Shown: positions 20,008-30,331 of the stretch, piece after piece
Position numbering within the stretch: the first letter of the stretch is position 1
Layout of the letters: every line of letters begins with the position of its first letter
Program-made: the position numbers and the translations under genes
The notes under the pieces: model-generated
Databases searched by the model: none
What the model saw: the letters and a program-made list of their open reading frames with translations, nothing else
Told to the model about the DNA's origin: nothing
Source: Craspedostauros australis
Taxonomy: Eukaryota
Length of the DNA: 47,637 nt
Assembly (NCBI GenBank): GCA_030167865.1
Contig: JALAGF010002857.1
Span: 1-47,637, forward strand
Direction: 5' to 3'

Positions 20008-22673
20008 GGTGACAGGCGATGGTGGCCTCAGTGGTCCAACCGACGAAGCATGGGGCAGTCCAGCTCACCAGCAGCATAACAATAGGCGTGTATACTCGAG
20101 AAATATGACAGACGGTATCGAAGCACAGACAATGGGGAAAACCAAGCTGCCATTGCAGTCGCCAACGACCATGCCAGTGAACCCAACCACTTACATCTCG
20201 CAGGACGCAGACCTGATTCGGCAGTGTATTCGGAGGCACCATGCGGTAGATGGTACTAGAAGAGAGAATGATTGGCTGCCTCGCCCAGCTCGTCTGGATC
20301 ATCCGCATCATGATTCCAGTTTGTGTTCTTGCGCATTCAGAAGCATCGCTGGTCCTTTGCGCCAGACTTGTAGTACTCAAAGTATGCACGGGTCTGTTCG
20401 CCAGGTGCACGTTCCAACTCGGCTCCATTTCATGGGGTCGGCACAGCCGTTGCAAAATGTGAAGCTGGTTGGAGCCTCCTTGAGGTCGCTGCCATGGATC
20501 CGGCATGCCTTGGGTTGCGTCAATCCTTTTGGAAGAAGTGTGACCTGAGGTTTCAACCCCGTAGCAAGAGGTCCCGAATGCTCGCATTTGTAGGGGAATG
20601 TAGGCGTATGAGCTACCAGTATACTCGTACTGCTCTGTGCGGAGCAAGTTGCTCCCCGACCGTGATCAATTCCATGCATCCCTTCCGCCAGCCAAGCGAA
20701 TCATCCCAGGTTGCGCTTATCGTGGCTGATATGCGAATGCCTGCAATCTGATCTCTATTGTGCCCGCGTGATAGGAAGTCGCAAAGCTCTGCACGTGATT
20801 AACCGGAAAGGCGGGCGAATCTTCGCGGTGCAACATACGGGCAGTGGAATTCATGAGGTAAACGGTGAGGAACGGCGAGCAACGTATCCGGAGAGGAAAT
20901 TGCAGGCCATGATTCCCATCCACAGTTGCACGAACTACATCAAGGGTTGAAATCGCGCTCCAATTCGCCACCACCGTGGTTATCGCATCGACGCACATGT
21001 AATATGAGACCCTGCAACTGTTCTTGCTGTGCCGGTACCGCATTCACTACCGTAGCCGTCTGGTGCAGCCACATAACATGCTGAAGAACAATGCACCAAC
21101 AGAGCAGTCTTCCAACGAGAACTCACGTATCGCGATCTTTGCGTCGAAATTGCCACTGCCACTGTCATTGCCACCATGCAACCTTCGGAGCTGGCGCAGA
21201 TCGCTGAACTGCTTGATCCTGAGGGTGATCACGACTGATCGTTGCTGACTTGCGGGAGTTACCGGAAGCCATTCCGAGATGTATGGCGACAAAATGATCG
21301 TTTTGGCGCCAATCGCAAGATGTTGCTTGGTCATGGCGATTGTATGGATCCAAAAAGTGTACGATGAATACACCAACATGTGCACACGAACATGAACAAC
21401 AATGAGATAGTGTGAATGCACCGGAGCATGAACGCACGTCTGTGTATGGAGTTATCTTTCCCCCTCGTCATGGTCGGGATGCCACACCCAGTGTAAAATC
21501 TTCCATCGGTCAGCAACCGACGACGAATGCAATGATTTTCAGCGCCGCTAGAGACGGCTCGAAATCAACACCACAACTGACGGCCAATTGCGGTTGGCGG
21601 ACGTGGTGCCCCCAAAACTCGGAAATGTCAGCGACGGCATCTTCGGCCCAACTGGGCATCCCCTGCTGAGATTGCTCGGTGAATGCAGGCGGCCGTGCTC
21701 TGCTTTCGCGATTTTGGCTCCCCTGCTCTTCTCTTCACGCTGACCATTGCCAGCAATCATTGTCACCGAAGCCTGCTTACCATTTTACCATCACGCAATT
21801 GTGTCGAGTAGTTTTCAATGATTTCCTTTCTGCACACTTCGAAAATTCTTCTGGTGCTTGTTGCTGTTGCAGGTGGCGCTGCCGTTGGTGATAATTGTGC
21901 TATTGCCTTTGCGGCTGTTGCGGCTAATGCTGACGCTGCCGTTGTTTTTCGCTGCACCACAGTGACACTCTCATGTTGACGGATTGCAGTGCGACGAACA
22001 TCCAATAGCGGATGCCGTTGCTCAAATCCCGGCGCTATCAAATTTGCACGCGATGGGATTCGGTCGTCGCCTTGCCAGAGTTCACGAGCCGCTGCAGCAT
22101 CGGCCTCGGAAAAGATGGCATTGAATGAATCGGATGATTTCGATTGAATGATCGGGTCTCAGTGATGCCGAGTATCAGATGATAGCTTCGAATGGCATCA
22201 TCTCCACTTGGTGAGCAGATGGTTCTTGTTCATTGCCGAGCGCTCAGCGGTGGCTGCACATCGAACCAACCCGAAGGCATGGTCGTCGTCCAAGTTCCAT
22301 CTGTCAACGATGGTGGCTTGGTATCTGGAATGGTGGTCTCGTCTTCTTCCATCTGCTCGTCACGTATTTGTATGGCCATGGTGATTGAGTGTGAGTGTGA
22401 GGGTGTGCGAGAGAGGGAACGAGGGCACTTGTGATGTGGTTGTGATGTGTGCTTGTCCTCTGTCAGCACCGGGCAGGGATGTATGTGCGAAATTGATCCC
22501 GCGTCACCAGTTGCACGCCGGACAGGCAGATTGTGCAGTTTCCTGTATCATGGTTGGCCACGTTGTGGAGAACACATTTCATGTTTGGATTGGTGGCGTC
22601 AAGGTTGGCACTTTGTTCCGTTTTTTGGTGCAGGAGTATTTGGATCTGGGACACGCCGACCAACATGACACGA

Positions 22674-22708
22674 TGTTGTTGTGGTTGTTGTGGTTGTGGT
22701 TGTTGTGG
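22674..22708. repeat. TTG/TGG trinucleotide-rich microsatellite
   Basis: tgttgttgtggttgttgtggttgtggttgttgtgg read directly. Confidence 0.8.
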
Positions 22709-23236
22709 CTGTCAACAGCGTGCTAACGAATGTGCCGAGGGCGGTTGTAGGATGATTTATCAACTTGTACGGTTTTGGATTTGTTCCGCACGATGTGTAG
22801 GTCGATGACAGCGCGGATAGTGCAAAATGGTGTTTTCTTTGTTGTTCGTCAGCAAAAGGAGAAGGAATGACAAAATTAGAACAACTGTGACACCACTGAA
22901 GCACGCTAATGAACTCTGGCACAACTCAGGGCACACGGAGTACCTCAACCTCTCTGTCCGCAGCGATTGTCGACCACAAGGTCTAGTCACGCAAGAAGAC
23001 TCTGTGAGGAGTGGAGCAGTCGAAGGTGTCGACACATACATCACTCCACTTCTCCCACCAGGCGATTTCCCCACCATCACAAACCCCACCACAGCGAAGA
23101 ACAAAGATTGCGTCTCCGCACAACGGAGCCTTCCCGGCTGGTGCCACTTGTTGGGCTACCACTATACTATCTTCGTCCACCAAAGGCAAGAGGAAAGAGT
23201 TCACACATTGATCACTCCACGCATTCCTTGGGCAGC

Positions 23237-24941
23237 ATGGTACTCGCAGAAGTAGTCAGCGACAAACCAGCAAGCATCAGCAATGGTCCCAGTCATGTCA
23301 ACCACGGCTCAACCATCCGCACAGCGAAAGGGTTGTATCCACAGGGATGCTCGTACTCCCCCGATGGGCTGTGCATCCTCACGACCGTGGAAAAGGAATT
23401 GCACTTGATTGCAGAGGCGCCATCAAACCAGCAACAGCCAGACGATGGCGCTGCTGCGGCCTCCGTCTGGCAACCCGTCTTGAAATGCAACGGTGGCGAT
23501 ACCGTTCGTTCGTATCAGTGGTATCCATTCATGGATTCGAGCAATCCTGCGACGTGCTGTTTCGTGTCGTCGAGTCGGTGAGTGAAGTGGTTTGTTGTCG
23601 TATTGTGGTGCTGTGTGGTGCTGTGTGGTGCTGCGTGATGTGGTATTTGGGCAATGGTTGAACACGAATTAGAAATGGAATGGAAGGTGGTTACGACTTG
23701 CTTTCGCTCACTCTCTCATCCTTCCCTCATGGATACACATCATTTCGCTTCCTTTTTCACACATCGCGTCGTTCCACATCACACCATACCGCGGCATGCG
23801 GCATCATTCTGTACCAACGTTTCCGAACCATCAATGCAGGGATCAACCAGTGCATCTTTGGGATGCCTACAACGGCGGAATCCGTGCCACGTACCGTCCG
23901 TACAACGGGTTGGATGAGATGGAATCACCGTCCGTGATATGCTTCTCACCCACGGCCCAGCATCTTTGGACAGGAGGATTTCGTTCGGATCGCATGCTCC
24001 ATCTGTTTGATCTGTCGCGTCCTGGACGGACATCCACCTGCGTGCGATTGGGCAAAACGCGCAAATCCAAGGATGGTCAGAAGGGGATTGTGAGCGCCAT
24101 GGCCGTTCCGTCGCTGTCATCGTCGTCGCTGTCGCCTAATTTGCTGGCAGTTGGAACATATTCGCCAGGCTCCATCTACTTGTATGACGATCGAGCGACG
24201 CGATCGGAGGTCGGTTCCATGGTGCTGTACAATCATGACGGGCCCAGGTCTGCTTCCACGTGTTTGGTCGGCCATGGCAAGTCGCATGGCAAACGCAAAC
24301 GCAAGCGCAAATGGAAGGCACCCGCAGATGACGATGCCGATAACGACGACAGCGAAAACGACGACGCCAATGACAATAACAGCAACGACGCTGCGGACGA
24401 CATCCTCATGTCCTTCTCCAAGGCCAAATCGCAATGGTACCAATCCCGCACTCGCATGGGAGTGACGCAACTGTCATTCTCCAACGGCAGCAACAATCAG
24501 CAGCCTCTATTGTACAGTACCAGCCGTCGTTCCAACGCCATCGTGGCATGGGATTTGCGCAACACTGGCAGTCCCGTTCAGAGCTACGAAATCTGCAATG
24601 GCGCAACCAACCAGCGCATCGAATTTGATATCAGCGGCGACAAGCTGTACGCCGGTGGTACGGACGGATGTGTGCGGGAATATGATCTTGCAACGAATGA
24701 GGGCGCGATGGTGCGGAAAGTGGCAGATACAGCCATCAATGGGATATCTGTGCGACCGAATTCTTCCACTGGGACGTCAGCCACCATTGCCGTGGCATGT
24801 GGATGTCGGCAATTCCCAACAGAGCAGGATTGGGACGACGCAGACGAAGTCGCAACAGATACACTGCATGACAAGCTTCTCCAACGGCAGACAGGCTACG
24901 TGCAGATCTTGTCGTCGGAAGCAACGGAGGATGCCAACTGA
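23237..24941 (+). CDS. WRAP53: WD40 protein, telomerase Cajal body protein 1 (TCAB1/WDR79) homolog; exons ~23237-23577 and 23840-24941
   Basis: GCSYSPDGLCILT, GDTVRSYQWYPFMDSSNPATCCF, spliced [35 protein letters not shown], WDLRN and TNQRIEFDI are characteristic of the family. Start codon uncertain. Confidence 0.88.
23578..23839 (+). other. Spliceosomal intron (GT-AG, 262 nt) in WRAP53 homolog
   Basis: cg|gtgagt ... atgcag|g; splicing rebuilds Arg codon cgg and the conserved [11 protein letters not shown]. Confidence 0.9.
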
Positions 24942-25738
24942 AGTTCTGACTTAGTTGTACAGCTGAAGTATTGTTATGGCTTTGCATCACCAATATTCTC
25001 GCATCAGTACAGTACGCTCAAGGATGATAGTTTCGTTTGCCTTCGCACTTTTGTCTTTGCCTGTGCAAGTGCTGCCGCTGTTGTCGTTGACGCCATTGCT
25101 GCTGTGAGCTTTCCCTTCTCCCATCCTGTAGCAGCGACATCATTGTTGCAATCATCTTTCTCCTCTTCGTCATCGACATCGCTGCCAGCGCGAAAGTCCG
25201 ATTGCTCATTCTTCTTCCTTGCGTTCCCCAAAGGAAGAGGAGGCAGACTGTCGTTGACATCGCATGTGTGGTGGTGTGGACGCCTCACTTCAAGGACCGA
25301 ACGGGCTGGAAGATTGCTGCGATTGTTGCCGTTGCTCCGAGTCATCAGCATCGTCACCACCCCTATCATATTCATTCTTTTGCGGTGCGGATAATACCGA
25401 TTGCATCTCATCATCTGATGGCTGTGATGAAGTCCCATTCTTCGTTTGCTCTGCAATGTGATAGACTGGTGATGGGTATTTTTATGCGGACATGGAGAAT
25501 TGCTCTTGCCTCGATGCTTGGCGCTACGTTTGGCACAGATACTATCGCGCACTTGAGGAAAAGTGCAGATGGGGCACTAAGTTGTTGTGTACATCCTGAC
25601 GAGTGTGCATCTTTCATCATTTCAAATTCCCTGACTACGGCATGCTGCTGATACTGCTGCTGTCCTAACTACAGTGCCTGCCTGCCTGCTTGCATGCGTG
25701 TGTGCCTATCTCATCCACCGCCGCACGCCATTCGCATC

Positions 25739-27679
25739 TCACTTCCCACCGCTTTTTCTGCTTTTCGCCTTCTTGGCTTTCGCCAGATCCAACTCTCTCC
25801 GCTTTCGGAACGTGTGCGCCACCTTTTCTCTCGCCACCATCCAGCTGACTTCGGACCAAGTGCCCGCCGTTGCGTCGATCTTGAGGAAGCGTCCCTTCTT
25901 CACGTAGACGGCGCGCACGACGTCTTTGGCCATTTCATATTTTTCGGGACGCGAGGCCTTGTCGTAGTCCTTGGATCTGTCGGCCACCATGGAACGTAGG
26001 AATTGATTGCCCGGATGCTGCAGGTAGGGACGTCCTCGTCCCATGAGGATGTCGTCATCCGTCGGGGTGAGGCTGTTGCTGTTGTTGTTTGCGTCGGATG
26101 CATTCGACGTGCTGGACGACGACGACGATGTTATTGACACGGATCTTTCTGTCGACGATGTGGACGATGACGATGCGTCGTTCGAGTTGGTGGTGCCATG
26201 ATCCGCCGAATCGGGGGTAAGGCCGTTCGTAGTATTGACGATGTTGGCGAGTCTAGACGACTCCGCGTACGCGGCAATGGTCTTGGCCACGTCGTAGTTG
26301 TTGTACCGCATGATGGAGGCCGGGGCCAGTGTGCCGTATCCCTCCGACAGCTGCCATTTCGTGATCCATTCCATGTGGCTGGAAACGAGAAGCTCGCCAT
26401 CGCAATCCACGGACGGATAGTCGTGGACGGGAAAACCGAAGGTGGCAAGCCGATCGAGGTTGGCCTGCAGGTTGGGTTCCATGTGCGCTTGGAATCGATC
26501 GTGTATGTCTTCGGTAAGGAAGTGCTGAATGTTGTCGATGACGGCCCGGATGCGCGGATGCTGCCGGTGGCAGATATAGTGGAAGGTCTCGATACGCACC
26601 GGCATGTAACAGGCGGTGAGACCAAAGTGCCTCACGTCCGGATTGATGAACTCGTCCGGCGTACCACTGACGACATCGTATTGGTGCACGGCGACGATGC
26701 CGCGCCGCTGCACCTCGACTTTTCCGTAGGTCGAGAAGGACATGTAGAGCAGAATTTGGGCGACGGCGTGATCGGAGTAGGTGTCGCTGGTGTTGCGAAA
26801 GAAGACCATGATGAATCGACCCCGGGGGTCCGGCTTCGGCAACAGCTGGAATTTGCCGAGCGTGAGGACGTGGAATGCTTCCGGCGACAGATCGGTCAAA
26901 CGCAAAGGCCTTCCCAGCACCTCGACGTCGAAATGAAGCCGGATGGCTTCGCACCACAGAAGGATCTTGTGCGCGGCGCGTTCCGCATCGTAGTACTCGC
27001 TGCGCAGGAACATCTCGAGGAGGGGCTTGCCGTGCATGAAATCGGGATTGATCTGCACCGCCATTTCGTATCCTTTCGTTTTGGGGATGTTGCAGAGCAC
27101 GGTCTCCATATCATCGGTCTTGGCGCAGAGAAATTCCTCCGTCTCCTCCATGGGGGGCCGGCCGTCCTTCACGTGATCGTCGATTTGCTGACGATCCAGG
27201 ATGGGAATTGGGACATATTCCGCGTCCAGAGGTTGTGACGGATCCGTTGCATTGCTCGATGAATCAAACGAGTGCGACTGCCCCACGATCGTCTGCGTTT
27301 GCCGCATGATGCTACTCGTGCTTGTACCAGTGCTAGCGCTAGTGATTGTCCCAGTGCTAATGCTAACTCCGCTGCTGTCTGCGATGTCGTGTTCCAGACC
27401 ATCATGGATCTGGATGATTTGCGGATGGACGTACGATGAATCGGTATCGATGCGGTTGTCCCATCTCATCTCCCCTTCCGGATCGGACACGTGCATGGGC
27501 TTGAAGCGGAGTGTTTGCGCCACGCTTTGCGAAGCGTTATCGCATTGGTATCCACCGAATGCATCATAATCATCATTCACGCATTCTTCCAATAGGGGAA
27601 GCGGATCTTCCGACTCCACCACCTTGGCTTCATCGCCTGAGGCACCATCGTGCGGTGTGATGACGAGATCGAAGTTCAT
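25739..27679 (-). CDS. CRAL-TRIO-like + DUF6824-type domain protein, paralog 6
   Basis: Frame open from 27919; ATG 27679 (MNFDL) matches MDFDL of paralog 2. MFLRSEYYDAERAAHK, MPVRIETFHY, DILMGRGRPYLQHPGN...AREKVAHTFRKRR. Confidence 0.9.
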   Translation of the reverse strand: MNFDLVITPHDGASGDEAKVVESEDPLPLLEECVNDDYDAFGGYQCDNASQSVAQTLRFKPMHVSDPEGEMRWDNRIDTDSSYVHPQIIQIHDGLEHDIADSSGVSISTGTITSASTGTSTSSIMRQTQTIVGQSHSFDSSSNATDPSQPLDAEYVPIPILDRQQIDDHVKDGRPPMEETEEFLCAKTDDMETVLCNIPKTKGYEMAVQINPDFMHGKPLLEMFLRSEYYDAERAAHKILLWCEAIRLHFDVEVLGRPLRLTDLSPEAFHVLTLGKFQLLPKPDPRGRFIMVFFRNTSDTYSDHAVAQILLYMSFSTYGKVEVQRRGIVAVHQYDVVSGTPDEFINPDVRHFGLTACYMPVRIETFHYICHRQHPRIRAVIDNIQHFLTEDIHDRFQAHMEPNLQANLDRLATFGFPVHDYPSVDCDGELLVSSHMEWITKWQLSEGYGTLAPASIMRYNNYDVAKTIAAYAESSRLANIVNTTNGLTPDSADHGTTNSNDASSSSTSSTERSVSITSSSSSSTSNASDANNNSNSLTPTDDDILMGRGRPYLQHPGNQFLRSMVADRSKDYDKASRPEKYEMAKDVVRAVYVKKGRFLKIDATAGTWSEVSWMVAREKVAHTFRKRRELDLAKAKKAKSRKSGGK

Positions 27680-28555
27680 GGAATCGAGGCGGCGGCTGTG
27701 CAGATCTCGGCTGCAGAATACGGCAGACTGTAAACGGACGCTGTGAATGCGAATGCGTGTGTTGTTGGTTGGTTGGTTGGTTGATGGCTTGGATGAAGAT
27801 GCGATGGTGAGGCAGATGCGATGGATTCTGTGATACGAACTACGAACAAGGAGAGAGAGAGAGAGAGTGAGGTGTTGTTTGATGTGTTGCGCTTGCCCAA
27901 AAGTACCATGCGTTCCCACTGGCGTCTATCCTATTCTCTTGATTCTCATCATGGTCCTCCACAGCACAACCGCCTCCAGCGTCTTCCTCTTTGGATGGAG
28001 TGCGAGGCCATTGATTCGTGATGTCGTTCGGCAGGAGTTGCTGGTTGTTTGTGATTTCATTGTAATCCACACCTTGCACGAACAACAAAGATCAAGATCC
28101 AGGACACATCACCTCCCATCTCACTTCCAGAACAATGATGGTGATGCGGAACGCGATGACGTGAACCATCATGTGTCCATGACGTTGTTCCTCGTACTCC
28201 AGGCAATAATCGAGGTCAAACAGTATCCTTTGGTTGGTACTGATGTTCGACATATAATCACAGTCCAATGTATATTTCACCTTACTCCCGAAGCGAATCG
28301 AAAAGAAAATCAGCACAACTCATGTTGCTGCTTCTGGCGCAGGCAACCACACCATACCCTACCATACGCTGTGCTTGAGTGCAATGATCCACATCGAACG
28401 CCAACTGTGACAGCCAACCTCCGGACATCGTCGTGTGGTGTCACCTGTGAACACACAAGTCGCATGTACGAATACGGGATCAATCAAGAAGCACGCGGCA
28501 TGCGAGCACACTGAGGAGCACAACATCATTCGCGTAAACACACACACGCAACGCC

Positions 28556-30331
28556 ATGGATACAGCCACCACAACGGAAGACCGAACAATGCAACCAATT
28601 GTGACGCATGACGCAGACGAGTCGATGATGGATCCCCTCCATTTCTTGCTAGGTGAGGGGCGATCCACGCATTCTATCCAGCATGCCGACTATGCGTACT
28701 CGCATTGGCGTGAACAGGAATGTACTCCCATACACTCGTACCACACCGACTCGGCCATTCAAAAATGCGACATTGATGATGAGAATACTATCGTCAAGTC
28801 GGGAATGCGTGCGATGGAACCTCTTGTACTGGCAGGACCAATAAATGGACATGGTCCGTCTCAACGCTGCGGGCATGAACACACTCAGATCCCCATGCTA
28901 GAACATCAACAGATCGGGAGTGAGCTTCCACGCAACAAACCATTGCCAGAAGAAACGGAGGAATTCCTCAGCACCATGCTCGACGAGATGGAGATCGAGA
29001 TCTCCAAGGTCGTCAGCAAGCTTGGCTACGAGATGGCGATGCAACGCAACCCGGACTACGCGCAAGACAGACAGCTGCGCGAAATGTTCCTGCGTAGCGA
29101 ATCGTATCGTCCACAATACGCGGCACGCAGATTCCTGGCGTGGTTCGATTCCATCCTGCTCCATTTTGGCGCAGAAGCGTTGGTGAGGCCGCTGCGATTG
29201 TCGGATCTGTCTGCAGAAGCGTATCACTTGCTCACGCTGGGCAAGTTTCAGGCGATGCCGACGCCGGACGCCAAGGGACGAGCCGTGCTGGTCTTCTACA
29301 AGAATACTTGCGACACGTACACCAAGGAAGCTGCCATGGAAGCAACGCATTACATCACGTCGACTCTCAGCGAATGTGCCTTTCTGCAGCGAAATGGTGG
29401 TGTGGTTGTGCACAAGTTCGACGTGGTGCCCGGAACCCCCGAGGAGCATGTGGAACCAGACATGTACACCATGTGCGAAGTCAAGCGTCCATTTCCAATT
29501 CGGTTGGAAGCATTCCATTTCCTGAGTGATCAACAGCATCACCGGAATCCAACAGACGTCGACGAAATCAAGAAGCATGTGTGCGAAGGCTTTCTTGATC
29601 GATTTCATGCCCATCTGAGGCCCAGCCACCAAAGCAACCTCCACCAGCTTTCAGCTTTGGGTATCACCACCAACGACCTGCCAACCGTGGATCGCTCGTG
29701 CGACATTCTCACCTCGCATCATATGAACTGGGTCATGAAGCGAACGATCACGGAAGGATGTGGAATATTGGCTCCGAATTCCATCATGCGTCAAAACACC
29801 TTCAATCTCGATCAGCTCTTCCTTCGACCCCTCACGACCAAGGCGATCGCGGGTGCGAGTGGTCTACAAGCGAGCGACAGTCCGTGTAATGAGCAAAAAC
29901 AAGGCGCAGCGGTTGGATTCGCTGCTTGTTCCACAGCGTCTGATCAGGTATCGATGACGCCGTCAACAAAGGGGGACTCCAGCGGCACGCATGACACCCG
30001 AATCCCCACAGATCATGACGTCCTGATGGGGCTGGGACATCGATGCTTGCAGCATCCAGGCAACAAGTTCCTGCGTTCCATCGTGGCAGATAGATCGAAG
30101 GAATACGACAAAGCTTCGCGAGCCGAAAAGTATGATATGGCCAAAGATATCGTGCGAATCATCTACAAGAAGAGGGGCCGCTTCCTCAAGAAAGATGCAG
30201 ACAAGGATTCATGGTCCGAAGCGACGTGGTGTGTTGCGAGAGAGAAGGTGGCCCATGCCTTCCGCAAGCGACGCGAACTGGATCTGGCGAAAGCCAAGAA
30301 GGCCAAGAATCGGGTCAAATCGAAGACGTAA
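28556..30331 (+). CDS. CRAL-TRIO-like + DUF6824-type domain protein, paralog 7 (inverted orientation)
   Basis: 591-aa ATG-initiated ORF; MFLRSESY, FPIRLEAFHF, DVLMGLGHRCLQHPGN...AREKVAHAFRKRR. Confidence 0.92.
   Translation: MDTATTTEDRTMQPIVTHDADESMMDPLHFLLGEGRSTHSIQHADYAYSHWREQECTPIHSYHTDSAIQKCDIDDENTIVKSGMRAMEPLVLAGPINGHGPSQRCGHEHTQIPMLEHQQIGSELPRNKPLPEETEEFLSTMLDEMEIEISKVVSKLGYEMAMQRNPDYAQDRQLREMFLRSESYRPQYAARRFLAWFDSILLHFGAEALVRPLRLSDLSAEAYHLLTLGKFQAMPTPDAKGRAVLVFYKNTCDTYTKEAAMEATHYITSTLSECAFLQRNGGVVVHKFDVVPGTPEEHVEPDMYTMCEVKRPFPIRLEAFHFLSDQQHHRNPTDVDEIKKHVCEGFLDRFHAHLRPSHQSNLHQLSALGITTNDLPTVDRSCDILTSHHMNWVMKRTITEGCGILAPNSIMRQNTFNLDQLFLRPLTTKAIAGASGLQASDSPCNEQKQGAAVGFAACSTASDQVSMTPSTKGDSSGTHDTRIPTDHDVLMGLGHRCLQHPGNKFLRSIVADRSKEYDKASRAEKYDMAKDIVRIIYKKRGRFLKKDADKDSWSEATWCVAREKVAHAFRKRRELDLAKAKKAKNRVKSKT

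Noticed and set aside
19943-20647. Possible retrotransposon remnant
   Set aside because: No RT (YxDD), integrase, RNase H or LTR/PBS signature found in the frames I read.
25004-25651. ORFs of 149-182 aa between WRAP53 and paralog 6
   Set aside because: Low-complexity, overlapping on both strands, no motif; cannot choose a real frame.
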